Below, in pieces: positions 10,619 to 21,496 of a stretch of DNA of 64,000 nt. The number at the start of each line of letters is the position of its first letter. Position 1 is the stretch's first letter. A program made the position numbers and the translations under genes. The stretch lies in the sequence record NZ_CP103541.1. One strand, written 5' to 3'. Under the pieces are notes generated by a model that saw nothing but the letters and a program-made list of their open reading frames with translations, was not told the origin of the DNA and did no database searches. This stretch comes from a plasmid.

Positions 10619-11980
10619 ATGACATTAGCAGCAATCACCATGACCGCCCCGGAAGCCGCCAGCCCTGTGCAGATATACCGCGCGACCTACTCACCGGATG
10701 ACAACAAACTGCGCCTGTATGCCGCGTCACGTCTTGACCCGGAGACGTATAAAAAAGTGCATGATGCCGGTTTTCGCTGGGCACCAAAACAGGCGCTGTT
10801 TGTCGCGCCAGCCTGGACACCGGGCCGGGAAGACGTGCTCCTCTCACTTGCCGGAGAGATTGAGGATGAAGACAGCACGCTCGCTGAACGTCAGGAAGCA
10901 CGGGCGGAGCGGTTTACCGGATACAGCGGAAAGCAGGCCAGTGAATCCGCACAGGCACTTGATGAAGTGGAAAGACTGGCCGCGATGATCCCGCCCGGTC
11001 AGCCCATTCTTGTGGGGCATCACAGCGAACGCCGCGCCCGTCGTGATGCGCAGCGTATTGAAAACGGCATGAAACGTGCCGTGATGCTCTTTGAACGTGC
11101 GGAATACTGGGAAGAGCGGGCGCGGTCGGCACGGCTTCACGCGAAGTATAAAGAACGTCCGGATGTTCGCTGGCGTCGTATCAAAAAAATCGAAGCTGAT
11201 TTGCGCAAGGCTGAAAAGACCATCGCGCAGTCGCAGAAATATCTGACGATGTGGCAGGCTGAATCGCTGGATCTGAATATGGCAAAACTCATCAGCAGTC
11301 ATGACCATATCAGCGCCTGTTTCCCGCTGGATAAGTACCCGCGTCCGGCAGAAAAAAGCCAGTATGAAGGAAGTCGATCGTTATGGTCGGCCCTGGATGA
11401 TGACATCATCACCACGGAGCAGGCCCGCGAAATTGCGATCCGTTGTCATGAACGGCAGATTCAGCATCAGCAACGCTGGGTTAACCACTATCAGAACCGC
11501 CTGATCTATGAGCGTGCCATGCTGGACGAAAGCGGCGGCGTGGTTACCCGGACGCAGGATTTTGAGCCGGGCGGGCAGATTTGCAGCCGGGGCGAGTGGC
11601 TGACCATCATTCGCGTGAACAAAAGCAACGGGGCGGTGAGTTCAGTCACAACGCCAAATTACAGTTTCCTCGGGTACAGCGGCACGATGAAAGTGACGCC
11701 CGATCGCATCACGGACTACAAAGCGCCATCGGCAGAAGAGGCCGTTGTCGCCAGACAGGCCGCGAAGCGCCCGCCTGTTGTCAATTATCCGGGAGAAGGT
11801 TTCCGGGAAATGACAAAGGCACAGTGGGCCGCCCTGCCCCGGGACTGTAAGGCCGTGCGCAGTGTGGCAGAGACAGAAGAGCACGGAGCATATCGTTACC
11901 GCCGCACAATGGACAACAATTTCCGTCTGGTGAATGTGTATATCACCGACATGAAAATCACGGAAATCCCGCAAAAATAA
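10619..11980 (+). CDS. hypothetical leading-region protein (453 aa)
   Basis: RBS ggaggagaac before the ATG. Long ORF with normal codon usage. No catalytic motif recognised. Confidence 0.6.
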   Translation: MTLAAITMTAPEAASPVQIYRATYSPDDNKLRLYAASRLDPETYKKVHDAGFRWAPKQALFVAPAWTPGREDVLLSLAGEIEDEDSTLAERQEARAERFTGYSGKQASESAQALDEVERLAAMIPPGQPILVGHHSERRARRDAQRIENGMKRAVMLFERAEYWEERARSARLHAKYKERPDVRWRRIKKIEADLRKAEKTIAQSQKYLTMWQAESLDLNMAKLISSHDHISACFPLDKYPRPAEKSQYEGSRSLWSALDDDIITTEQAREIAIRCHERQIQHQQRWVNHYQNRLIYERAMLDESGGVVTRTQDFEPGGQICSRGEWLTIIRVNKSNGAVSSVTTPNYSFLGYSGTMKVTPDRITDYKAPSAEEAVVARQAAKRPPVVNYPGEGFREMTKAQWAALPRDCKAVRSVAETEEHGAYRYRRTMDNNFRLVNVYITDMKITEIPQK

Positions 11981-12027
11981 GACTTACCCCCCGGAGAAAT
12001 CCCCGGGGGGATGACGGAGACAATGAC

Positions 12028-12591
12028 ATGCACAGTCAGTTAAGGGAGCGTATCCGGCTGATGCGCGCAAGGCTGGACAATGCCAGGCCGGTTATCGAGA
12101 TTCCGGCAGAATTTCAGCTTTTTGTGACACCTGCCCCGGTCTGCGATCGCCTGGTGACGCTGGCGGAAATCAGCAACCGTGATCACATTCTGGAACCCTC
12201 TGCCGGCACCGGAGCCATACTGCGGGCGATTCGGGATACCGCGCCGGGAGCCATGTGTGATGCGGTGGAGATTAACAGCGGACTGGTCCGGTATCTGCGG
12301 GAAAATTTTAACGGTGTCAGGGTGCAGCATGGTGACTTCATGGAATGGCAGCCGACGCAGTATTACAGCCGTATTATTATGAATTCGCCGTTCAGCAACG
12401 GGCAGGATATCCGGCATATCCTGCGGGCCTTTTCCCTGTTGCGTCCGGGGGGCGTGCTGGTCGCTGTCTGTCTGAACGGGCCACGCCAGCAGGAGAAGCT
12501 GTTACCGTTTTCTGACGTCCGCGAGGAACTGCCGCGCGGCACGTTTGCTTATACCCGTGTTCCGACGATGATTATTCGTCTGCGGGCCTGA
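12028..12591 (+). CDS. small SAM-dependent methyltransferase (187 aa), putative orphan DNA methyltransferase
   Basis: SAM-binding motif ILEPSAGTGAIL and motif-IV-like IMNSPF. No cognate endonuclease nearby. Confidence 0.6.
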   Translation: MHSQLRERIRLMRARLDNARPVIEIPAEFQLFVTPAPVCDRLVTLAEISNRDHILEPSAGTGAILRAIRDTAPGAMCDAVEINSGLVRYLRENFNGVRVQHGDFMEWQPTQYYSRIIMNSPFSNGQDIRHILRAFSLLRPGGVLVAVCLNGPRQQEKLLPFSDVREELPRGTFAYTRVPTMIIRLRA

Positions 12592-12770
12592 AGACGCCGG
12601 GCAGGCGGGAGGATAAATGCCCGTCTGCCCGCGCCGGGAAAAGACCGCGCGCCGGTGGCGCTGAAAGGGGCCGCGCTCACGCGCCGCCCCTTTCATTACG
12701 CGGACGTTCTGATGGGGGCTTCTGTTTCTTCATGCCTGTCATTTGTCTGTTACTGATGATGTTGTTGTTC

Positions 12771-12833
12771 CTGCTACTGCTACTGCTACTGCTACTGCTA
12801 CTGCTACTGCTACTGCTACTGTTCTTCTTTTTC
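12771..12833. repeat. hexanucleotide microsatellite (CTGCTA)x10
   Basis: Seen directly. Sits in a pyrimidine-rich tract that also precedes the other Frpo copies (9440-9500, 33030-33090). Confidence 0.9.
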
Positions 12834-12959
12834 CTGCTGCTCTGATTCTGACTACTGCAGTGTTGTCCTGTCTGCCGGGTCGGGTAGCAGCGGCACATTG
12901 CTGCGCCGCCGCCCCCTAAGAACGGAGCGTGCGAGTTTCCCCGCACTCCGCTCAAGCCT

Positions 12960-13746
12960 TTATAAGTGCTTTCGGTGAGCACCGGCTTCCCTGCTGTGTA
13001 ACTGTCGGTGGCAGTTCGGATGTAACAACTCGAGATTGGTCAGTTCGTCACTGCCGCCCATAACTTTCCTGATCCGGTGATGTATATTCCATCCGGTCTG
13101 GTTGGTTATGGGTTGTCCGCACTGCGGACAGTGTTTCCCCTGCCTCTTCCAGAGTTGAACTACTGTCTTCATCTTCTTTGATTTGCCTTTCCAGATTAGA
13201 TCCAGACGACGTTCAAAGTAGATTTCCATTCCGGGGGTGTATGGTGTTGCTTCGCCTTTGATTTTTATATGGCGCTTTATCGGTGTTTCCATTGCCCGGA
13301 AGAGAGTCAGAATTTTCCCTTCCGGGGTTATGGCTTTAAAGATCCAGCGCCTGCCTTCAAAGGAGAAGTATCGTCCGGCGATCCACCGCAATCCTTTTCG
13401 GGGGTGCCTTCTTACACACCATCGCCATATAGCTCGCCAGATTTGGGTGTCGACATAATTAAATGTTTCTTTCGCCACGACGTGTCGGTGATAGGTAGCC
13501 CATCCCCGGATTACCGGGTTTAGCTGGCCTATCAGTTTCCATGCCGGGAGCGTCGGATTGCGTTTAATTATTTCTCTGACTTTACAGAGGAAGTTCTTCA
13601 GGTTTTTCTTCGACGGTTTAATCAGCATTTTACCGTTGTACTTCCTGACGTTCTGCCCTAAAAAGTCGAAGCCTTTATCTATATGTGTAATCGCGGTTTT
13701 TTCTTCCGACAGTTCCAGCCCTCGTTCGCGCATGAAAGCTGCAATC
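12960..13746 (-). pseudogene. group II intron RT/maturase, C-terminal part (X/maturase and HNH domains: HPNCHRQLH)
   Basis: ORF 12960..13931 on the minus strand. True continuity is broken at the IS629 boundary 13746/13747. Confidence 0.7.
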
Positions 13747-13788
13747 TGAACCGCCCCGGGTTTCCTGGAGAGTGTTTTATCTGTGAAC

Positions 13789-14679
13789 TCAGGCTGCCAG
13801 ATCATCGTTTCCGATGGAAGCATAATAAGCTTTTTCTGCTTCTGCCGGAGGAGTATGGCCCAGCCTTTCCAGCAATCGTCGATTGTTATACCAGTCCACC
13901 CACGTGAGTGTGGCCAGTTCCACTTCTGCACGGTTTTTCCAGCTCTTACGGTGTATTACCTCCGCTTTGTAAAGACCATTGATGCTCTCCGCCATCGCGT
14001 TGTCATACGAGTCGCCTGTACTTCCTGTTGATGCCAGTAATCCGGCTTCCTTAAGCCGCTGTGTGTAGGCCAGCGATACATACTGAGAACCTTTATCACT
14101 GTGATGGACCGTGCCGGACGGTCGACGGGCCCATAACGCCTGCTCCAGTGCATCCAGCACGAATGTCGTTTCCATGGACGATGAGACCCGCCACCCCACG
14201 ATGTATCCGGCAAACACATCAATGATGAACGCCACATAGACGAAGCCCCGCCATGTGCTGACGTAAGTAAAATCAGCCACCCACAGCTGGTCAGGTCGTT
14301 CTGCCACGAACTGACGGTTTACGCGGTCGCCTGCGGCAACGGCTTTCCGGCTGATGGTCGTACGGACCTTTTTACCCCGGAGAACACCGGCAAGTCCCAT
14401 AACCGCCATGAGACGTGCCACAGTGCATCTGGCCACTCTGATACCTTCCCGTAACAACTGACGCCAGACTTTACGCACACCGTATACCTTGTGATTTTCA
14501 TCGTATACGCGCTGTATCTCTTTCTTCAGCCAGTCATCGCGCTGCGCACGGGCACTGCGTTTATCCGGATGATGTCGCTGTTGCTGACAGTGGTAATACG
14601 TTGACGGGGCAATATGCAGTTCGCTGCATAGCGGTCCGACCCCGTACTGCTCACGCAGCTTATCCAGCAGTGGCATCAT
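13789..14679 (-). CDS. IS629 OrfB (DDE transposase)
   Basis: 296-aa DDE-domain ORF overlapping orfA by 4 nt (the -1 frameshift arrangement of the IS3 family). Confidence 0.8.
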   Translation of the reverse strand: MMPLLDKLREQYGVGPLCSELHIAPSTYYHCQQQRHHPDKRSARAQRDDWLKKEIQRVYDENHKVYGVRKVWRQLLREGIRVARCTVARLMAVMGLAGVLRGKKVRTTISRKAVAAGDRVNRQFVAERPDQLWVADFTYVSTWRGFVYVAFIIDVFAGYIVGWRVSSSMETTFVLDALEQALWARRPSGTVHHSDKGSQYVSLAYTQRLKEAGLLASTGSTGDSYDNAMAESINGLYKAEVIHRKSWKNRAEVELATLTWVDWYNNRRLLERLGHTPPAEAEKAYYASIGNDDLAA

Positions 14680-15002
14680 TTTTTCCAGAGGCGGTCGAAC
14701 TCCGCCTTCGCAAAATAAGCGGAAGCCTGGCGAAGGATATCGTTACTGCGGCGCAGTTCACGATTTTCACGTTCCAGCTCTTTCAGACGCTGACGTTCAG
14801 CGGTGGTGAGCCCTCCATCACCGCCCCCGGTATCCCGCTCATGCTGGCGAACCCAGACACGCAGAGTCTCCGGCGTACAGCCAATCTTTGGAGCAATGGA
14901 ACAAATTGTCGCCCATTGTGAGTCATATTCGCTCTGACTTTCCAGAACCATACGGACTGCCCGTTGACGGACTTCGGGGGAAAAACGAGTATTTTTAGTC
15001 AT
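14676..15002 (-). CDS. IS629 OrfA (transposase N-terminal, HTH)
   Basis: 108-aa ORF of IS3-family orfA type. Confidence 0.8.
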   Translation of the reverse strand: MTKNTRFSPEVRQRAVRMVLESQSEYDSQWATICSIAPKIGCTPETLRVWVRQHERDTGGGDGGLTTAERQRLKELERENRELRRSNDILRQASAYFAKAEFDRLWKK

Positions 15003-15056
15003 CCTGTTTACCTCTTTCTCAGGAAGTTTAGTCTCCAGGATTCCCGGGGCGGTTCA

Positions 15057-15940
15057 ATCAGTGGTCTGACCTCATTTTCCAGCAATTCACGGGAGCTGCC
15101 TGAACAGATGAAATCATCAGCATATCTCACATAATTCACCTGGTGCTTTGCACTGTGATAACCACTTTTCCTGAACGTTTGCATCAGTTCCTTCTCCAGT
15201 CCGTCCAGAGCCATGTTGGCGAGAACAGGGGATATGATGCCTCCCTGCGGTGTCCCGCTGTTCGTATGGTTAAACACGCCTCTTTCCATGTAACCTGCTT
15301 TCAACCATTTTTTAAGCAGTCTCCTGTCCATCGGAATATGGGAAAGCAGCCAGTCATGGCTGATGTTATCGAAACACCCTTTAATATCGCCCTCCAGTAT
15401 CCATTTGGGCGATACTTTCTGGCTCATCCGCAGAAAAATGGACTCAATGGCGTCATGCGTGCTGCGCATTGGTCTGAAACCATAGCTGTTATGGTCAGCA
15501 GTGGTCTCGGATACGGGTTCCAGAGCCAGCAGCCACAGTGCCTGCATGGCCCGGTCCCTCATTGTGGGTATGCCCAGCGGTCGCGTTTTGCCGTTTGATT
15601 TTGGGATATGTATTCGCCGTAGTGGCTGTGGCCTGTAACCACACAGATTCAGGCTGCATATTCCTTCCCATTTCTCCTTCGGTGTGTGCCATATTTTTCC
15701 GTCAATACCGGGTGTCCTTTTACCGGTATTTTCAGTTACACGCCTGACAGCCACGGCTTTGCCGGAGAATGAGCGGGTGAGGATGCGCTGTAGTTCTCTG
15801 ACCTGCCGCCATTGTTGCTGTCGGGTTGCCTTTGCAATCCGTAACTGTAGCTTTCGCACCCGGGCATGGCATGCTTTCCAGTCTATGGTGTGCCAGCCTG
15901 TCGGGTGGGGTATCGTGGACACACTGATGTGTGTATTCAT
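15057..15940 (-). pseudogene. group II intron reverse transcriptase, N-terminal part (RT domains 0-7, YADD motif)
   Basis: ORF 15008..15940 (minus) with RPLGIPTMRDRAMQ and VRYADDFI motifs, interrupted by IS629. Confidence 0.75.
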
Positions 15941-16534
15941 CTCGCTGATATCCTTTTGACTGCTTTACAGCTTTTCATGCAATTAAAGACCAGACGGAAG
16001 TCTGCCCGCTTTCGCGTCGGGGAACCTGCCCCGTATCCCGGTCATTACAACCGGGCATTTGCTTTTTCCGTCCTCCTCTGCCCGCACCGCCTACAGTGTT
16101 CCTTACGGTTCACCTGCCTGTAAGGCAGCGATACGGGTTTACCAGGTTCCGCTTAACATACAGAGGGTCAGGGCGGGTTCTGTCTCTTCACCGGGGGTCT
16201 CTGCGCCCATGTGCTCCCTGTGCGCGAGGTAGCAACCGGACCCCGTACCTTTTGGTTCAGGCCTGTCAGCATCTTTGGCCTGTTGCCGATAACGGTGTTT
16301 ATCAACAGTTCACATGTGTTAACCCTTCTGACCAGCCTTGCTCTCCTGCCACATGATGCTTGCAGCAAGGTAAAGCCCCTCACGGGGCTTTACCCGGGCT
16401 GACGCCCGGCTCTCGTTGTCCCGGGAGCTTCAGACCCCGCCGTTGCCGGCAGCGCCTGTCCCGGTAGGCTACAGCTAATGGGATAGCTGGTTTTATCAAT
16501 GTAAAACAATACGTTAAGCGACTTCCTGTCGCAC

Positions 16535-17100
16535 GCGCACCTTCGGCTCCCGGCTGCCTGGCGGCATCCGGTCGTCAGGCCCGACTCCGACAGGCAGCTG
16601 CTGGCGCACCTGCCAGTCTCCGCCGAACCCGCTGGCGCGGTTTCGGGCTGTCGCTACGGTCCGATGCGTGAAAACCCCGGGCTTGCAGCGACCGAACGGT
16701 CGCGCCGCCTCTGTCGCGCCGTGGCCTGCGCTCCTGGCATCCCGGCAAAAGGCCGCCGGGATGTGAGGGGCAACGCCGTTTCGCGCACGCGCTCTTCGTC
16801 GTTGCGGCGGGTGCCTGCCCGTTGTTGTGTCCGGTGCCATACACCTGTTTAAGCCCCTGTCGCCGGGGGCTGATACAGCCACAACCTGCCGCACTGACTG
16901 TCCAGGGTAAATGAACAGCCCACAAAATTTTTTACCCAAAACCCGGTAAAAAATTTTGCGTTCTGCCCAGGACAGGTGCGTCAGGCCGTGGCAGTGATGC
17001 CCCTTGCGGCGAGGGTTCTCAAACAGGTGATGGTGAATACCAGAGGGAACAAAAGGCAGGTCCCCGCAAAACGTCAAAACTGCGGCTCCCGAAACTCAAC
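16535..17100 (+). promoter_or_regulatory. Frpo/ssi-like repeat copy B, with the intron inserted at its left edge
   Basis: Near-identical to 9527-10090. Confidence 0.6.
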
Positions 17101-17601
17101 AGCTACCGTGTTCTGTCAAGAAAAAATCGCTTAAATTCAGTCGTACAGCCCTTAAGTACTGCCAGCAGGCTTGTCAGTACCAAGTTTCCGATACTGCGCG
17201 GCTACGCTAACGGGGTTAAAAGGGCTTACTTATACTACATCATCGCTGAAAGCTTGTATGGTTTCGCGGAACAGGGAGTAACAGGAGAATATTCACTCTC
17301 TACCGGCTAACAGTTAGCTTAATTGCAGTAACTGGTAACCAACTGCTAGAAAAATTCACCATGAATAATAATTGTGCTGATTACCTGCAATTATTGTAGT
17401 GAAATTTCTGTTCATATTTTTTCGCTAGCGATGTCTTGTTTGAGAAAAAACACTATTTGTTGAATAGTTTGATTCTGGTATTTGGAGTCTTTTAAAGGGG
17501 GATTCTATATGGATATCACTTTTTATATGTTGTAAATAATGCCGCTGTAGAAGAACAACGGCAAATGAAGGGGGGTATTGTTACAATAATCTTATTTGTC
17601 T

Positions 17602-18144
17602 CTATTTTTTATCCGAATCAGGTAGCAATTTAAAAGCTTTCAATATGGGGTAAAGTGTTTCATTCTCAAAGTTTTTTGCTAAATCAGTGAGGTGTTTTTT
17701 GATGTCATTGCTGGTAATGAGCTCAATTATGTGAGGAGTCCATTTGATATTATTGTCAATCAACACTTCAGAGTCCCAACTAGATGGTTTATAAAAAGCC
17801 ATGCAAGATAAAATAACTAGTCTCGTCTTCGATAAGAATGGTAATATATATAGTTTGGTACTGTTTATGTTAGGGTGTTTTGATTTTGCCTGCACAGTAA
17901 TTAAGTTATATGAGCAAGTTAGTAATGACTCAATACTAACAGGCGATAAGTAATATTCTGTAACCCACTTGTAATTGTCATCATCATCATAATCAATCCA
18001 CGTATTTATCCTGGCTAAAGTTGTTGCTAGGCCTCTGTTTTTTAGTTTCTTTACAGTCCTTTCCTTTTTCTCAGATTTGGCTTTTACGAATAAATCATCA
18101 TTATTTTTATCAACCCACTCAGCCAGGAGAGGCAATTTAGGAAC
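17602..18144 (-). pseudogene. AT-rich orphan ORF fragment, 5'-truncated by IS2
   Basis: 189-aa track ORF whose first codons lie inside the IS2 terminal repeat. GC is visibly low (about 30%). No homology recognised. Confidence 0.35.
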
Positions 18145-18155
18145 TGGATTTGCCC

Positions 18156-19061
18156 CTATATTTCCAGACACCTGTTATCACTTAACCCATTACTGGCCTG
18201 CTGCCGCAGATATTCCCGTGGCGAGCGATAACCCAGTGCACTATGCGGATGCCATTCGTTATAATGCTCGAACGCCTCTGCAAGGTTCTTTGCTGCCGTT
18301 AACCCGTCTGGTTTGGGCATGATACTGATGTAGTCACGCTTTATCGTTTTCACGAAGCTCTCTGCTATTCCGTTACTCTCCGGACTCCGCACCGCCGTGT
18401 TCTTCGGTTCAAGTCCCAACATCCGGGCGAACTGGCGTGTTTCATTAGCCCGGTAGCATGAACCATTATCCGTCAGCCACTCCACTGGAGACGACGGAAG
18501 ATCGTTGCCGAAGCGGCGTTCCACCGCTCCCAGCATGACGTCCTGTACTGTTTCACTGTTGAAGCCGCCGGTAGTGACCGCCCAGTGCAGTGCCTCACGA
18601 TCACAGCAGTCCAGCGCGAACGTGACACGCAGTCTCTCTCCGTTATCACAGCAGAACTCGAACCCGTCAGAGCACCATCGCTGATTGCTTTCTTTCACGG
18701 CCACTCTGCCTGTATGTGCCCGTTTCGATGGCGGTACAGCAGGTTTTCGCTCAAGCAACAGCGCATTCTGGCGCATGATCCGGTAAACACGTTTGGCATT
18801 GATCGCAGGCATACCATCAAGTTCTGCCTGTCTGCGAAGCAGCGCCCATACCCGACGATAACCATACGTGGGCAGCTCTCCGATAACATGGTGTATACGG
18901 AGAAGCACATCCGTATCATCAGTGTGACGACTGCGGCGGCCATCCATCCAGTCATCGGTTCGTCTGAGAATGACGTACAACTGCGCACGCAACACCCGGA
19001 GACAACGGCTGACTAAGCTTACTCCCCATCCCCGGGCAATAAGGGCGCGTGCGCTATCCAC
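18156..19061 (-). CDS. insD: IS2 InsD transposase (DDE)
   Basis: 301-aa [26 protein letters not shown], recognised as IS2 InsD. Confidence 0.85.
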
Positions 19062-19384
19062 TTTTTTGCACGCCCGTATTCAACGGCTTCTTTAAGGAGT
19101 TCATTTTCCATCGTTTTTTTGCCGAGCAGGCGCTGGAGTTCTTTAATCTGCTTCATGGCAGCAGCAAGTTCAGAGGCAGGAACGACCTGCTCTCCTGCGG
19201 CCACAGCAGTAAGACTTCCCTCCTGGTATTGCTTGCGCCAGAGAAATAACTGGCTGGCTGCCACACCGTGTTGCCGGGCAACAAGGGAGACCGTCATTCC
19301 CGGTTCAAAACTCTGCTGAACAATTGCGATCTTTTCCTGTGTAGTACGCCGTCTGCGTTTCTCCGGTCCTAAGACATCAATCAT
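19019..19384 (-). CDS. insC: IS2 InsC
   Basis: 121-aa [28 protein letters not shown], recognised as IS2 InsC. Confidence 0.85.
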
Positions 19385-19475
19385 CTGCTCTCCAATGACT
19401 AGTCTAAAAACTAGTATTAAGACTATCACTTATTTAAGTGATATTGGTTGTCTGGAGATTCAGGGGGCCAGTCTA

Positions 19476-20233
19476 TCCTCCCGCTGGAAATGCTGGAAAT
19501 TCTGCGCCGCATAGAAAAACGTGGCTCGCTGGAAAAACTGCGTAAGGTCCGCCAATACTGTAATCAGATTTTTCGTTATGCTATCGCCACCGGACGAGCC
19601 ACTGTCAATCCGGCATCTGAACTGACCAGTACGCTGGCGGCACCAAAAGCTGCGCATTTCCCCCACCTGAGAGCAGATGAGCTCCCTGTTTTTCTCCGGA
19701 AGCTCGCTGAATATCATGGCAGTCCTGTTACCCGCATGGCGACAAATCTTCTGCTTCTGACGGGTCTCAGAACCATTGAGCTACGGTCCGCTGAATGGTC
19801 AGAAATTGATTTTGATAATGCCCTGTGGACAATCCCTGAAAGCCGCATGAAAATGCGACGTAAACATGTCGTACCACTGTCACGACAGGCCACTGACATT
19901 CTGCTGCAGCTCAAAACTTTCTCCGAGCAATACCGACTGGTTTTTCCGGGACGTTGTGATATCAACAAGCCAATGAGCGAAGCCAGCATCAATATGGTGC
20001 TCAAACGTATCGGTTACGATGGCAGGGCAACCGGTCATGGTTTTCGTCACACCATGAGTACCATTCTGCACGAACAGGGCTTTAATTCTGCCTGGATTGA
20101 AATGCAGTTAGCTCATGTGGATAAAAATTCCATCAGGGGTACCTATAATCATGCCCTGTATCTCGATGGTCGCCGTGAAATGATGCAATGGTACGCTGAC
20201 TACATTGATTCACTTTCCAGCCAGGAGAGTTAA
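19476..20233 (+). pseudogene. int: P4-type tyrosine integrase, 5'-truncated by IS2 (C-terminal catalytic domain only)
   Basis: Begins exactly at the IS2 end. Motifs HGFRHT and LAH..Y fit a tyrosine recombinase C-terminus. Confidence 0.7.
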
Positions 20234-20317
20234 TTACACTTTGTCCTGAAATTATTCTCACAATCAATAACCTTTCCCTCTGATCTTACAGATCAGAGGG
20301 ATTCCGTTAACTTACAA

Positions 20318-20358
20318 TAAGTGATATTGGTTGTCTGGAGATTCAGGGGGCCAGTCTA
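20318..20358 (+). repeat. solo 41-bp copy of the IS2 left terminal repeat
   Basis: taagtgatattggttgtctggagattcagggggccagtcta is identical to 19435-19475. Confidence 0.6.
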
Positions 20359-20390
20359 ACGGTCTACTATAATAATTAGCAGGAGATAAT

Positions 20391-21401
20391 ATGTCACTTA
20401 AGGCGATTGCCACTGCACTCGGAGTTTCTGTCACCACTGTCAGTCGGGCTCTTGGAGGCTATGCAGATGTGTCAGCTTCCACCCGTGCACGGGTGGAAGC
20501 TGAAGCTCGTCGACGCGGCTACCGTCCTAATACTCAGGCAAGAAGACTCAAAACCGGTAAAACCGATGCTGTCGGTCTGGTTTATCCTGGACGTGATGTG
20601 CCATTTAACAGTGGTGTTTTTATGGATATGGTCAGTTGCATCAGCCGGGAACTTGCTCACCATGATATTGACTTACTACTGATAGCTGATGATGAGCATG
20701 CCGATTGCCACAGCTATATGCGGCTTGTTGAAAGTCGCAGGGTTGATGCTCTCATCATTGCACACACTCTGGATGACGATCCCCGTATCACACACCTTCA
20801 TAAAGCAGGTATTCCATTTCTGGCTCTTGGTCGGGTACCATCTGGTCTGCCCTGTGCGTGGTTTGACTTTGATAATCATGCCGGGACTGGACAGGCAACC
20901 CAGAAACTGATTGCTTTGGGACATAAACGTATTGCATTGTTGAGTGAAGACACTTCACATACCTATGTTATTGCAAGACGTCAGGGATGGCTTGATGCAC
21001 TGAATGAGCATGAACTGGAAGATACATGGCTGCGGCTGGTTTCTCCCACACGGCGAGCAGGATATCAGGCCGTGATGGAGTTAATGTCACTACCGATACC
21101 ACCAACAGCTATTATTACTGACAATGATCTGAGTGGAGATGGTGCTGCCATGGCGCTGCAGTTGAGCGGTCGTCTTTCAGGAAAAGCTGCGGTATCTCTG
21201 GTTGTATATGATGGTTTGCCACAGGACAGTATTATTGAGCTGGATGTAGCTGCAGTTATTCAGTCAACACGAAGCCTCGTTGGTCGCCAGATTTCCGAGA
21301 TGATATATCAGATAATTACTGATTCATCATCAAAACCACTACAGGTTGTCTGGAACCCGGTATTTTATCCGGGAAAGACGATTCATTCTCCTTGCTCCTG
21401 A
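20391..21401 (+). CDS. rafR: RafR raffinose operon repressor (LacI family)
   Basis: 336-aa LacI-family protein with N-terminal HTH MSLKAIATALGVSVTTVSRAL. Followed by rafA, rafB and rafD as in the pRSD2 raf operon. Confidence 0.75.
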   Translation: MSLKAIATALGVSVTTVSRALGGYADVSASTRARVEAEARRRGYRPNTQARRLKTGKTDAVGLVYPGRDVPFNSGVFMDMVSCISRELAHHDIDLLLIADDEHADCHSYMRLVESRRVDALIIAHTLDDDPRITHLHKAGIPFLALGRVPSGLPCAWFDFDNHAGTGQATQKLIALGHKRIALLSEDTSHTYVIARRQGWLDALNEHELEDTWLRLVSPTRRAGYQAVMELMSLPIPPTAIITDNDLSGDGAAMALQLSGRLSGKAAVSLVVYDGLPQDSIIELDVAAVIQSTRSLVGRQISEMIYQIITDSSSKPLQVVWNPVFYPGKTIHSPCS

Positions 21402-21496
21402 TTTTTTTATCCAGCTCACATATCCGAAACGTTTTGGTTGATACCCGAAACGTTTCGGATCAACAGTAAGGCATCCCTGAGAAAGGAGAATGTCTT

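Larger units (their letters stand above)
13747..15056 (-). mobile_element. IS629 (IS3 family, 1310 bp) flanked by 3-bp ATC direct repeats
   Basis: Terminal inverted repeats tgaaccgccccggg at both ends. ATC direct repeats at 13744-13746 and 15057-15059. orf[24 protein letters not shown]... recognised as IS629/IS1203. Confidence 0.8.
12877..16534 (-). mobile_element. group II intron (bacterial, RT with C-terminal HNH endonuclease), inactivated by an IS629 insertion in its ORF
   Basis: 5' end GTGCGACAG at 16534 (minus strand). Domain V GAGCGGAGTGCGGGGAAACTCGCACGCTCCGTTC at about 12910-12945 (minus). Split RT/maturase ORF. Flanks reconstitute the uninterrupted Frpo sequence seen at 9510-9535. 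Confidence 0.75.
18145..19475 (-). mobile_element. IS2 (1331 bp), no target duplication
   Basis: Ends tggatttgcccctatatttcc and ggagattcagggggccagtcta. InsC and InsD proteins recognised. Flanking 5-mers differ (ggaac versus tcctc). Confidence 0.85.

Noticed and set aside
12677-12982. Minus-strand ORF encoding poly-serine (SSSSSSSS...)
   Set aside because: It is an artefact of translating the (CTGCTA)n microsatellite. It has no RBS and overlaps the intron 3' end.
21489-21491. Alternative rafA start ATG at 21489
   Set aside because: It is out of frame with the long ORF and immediately abuts the RBS. ATG 21497 has proper spacing.
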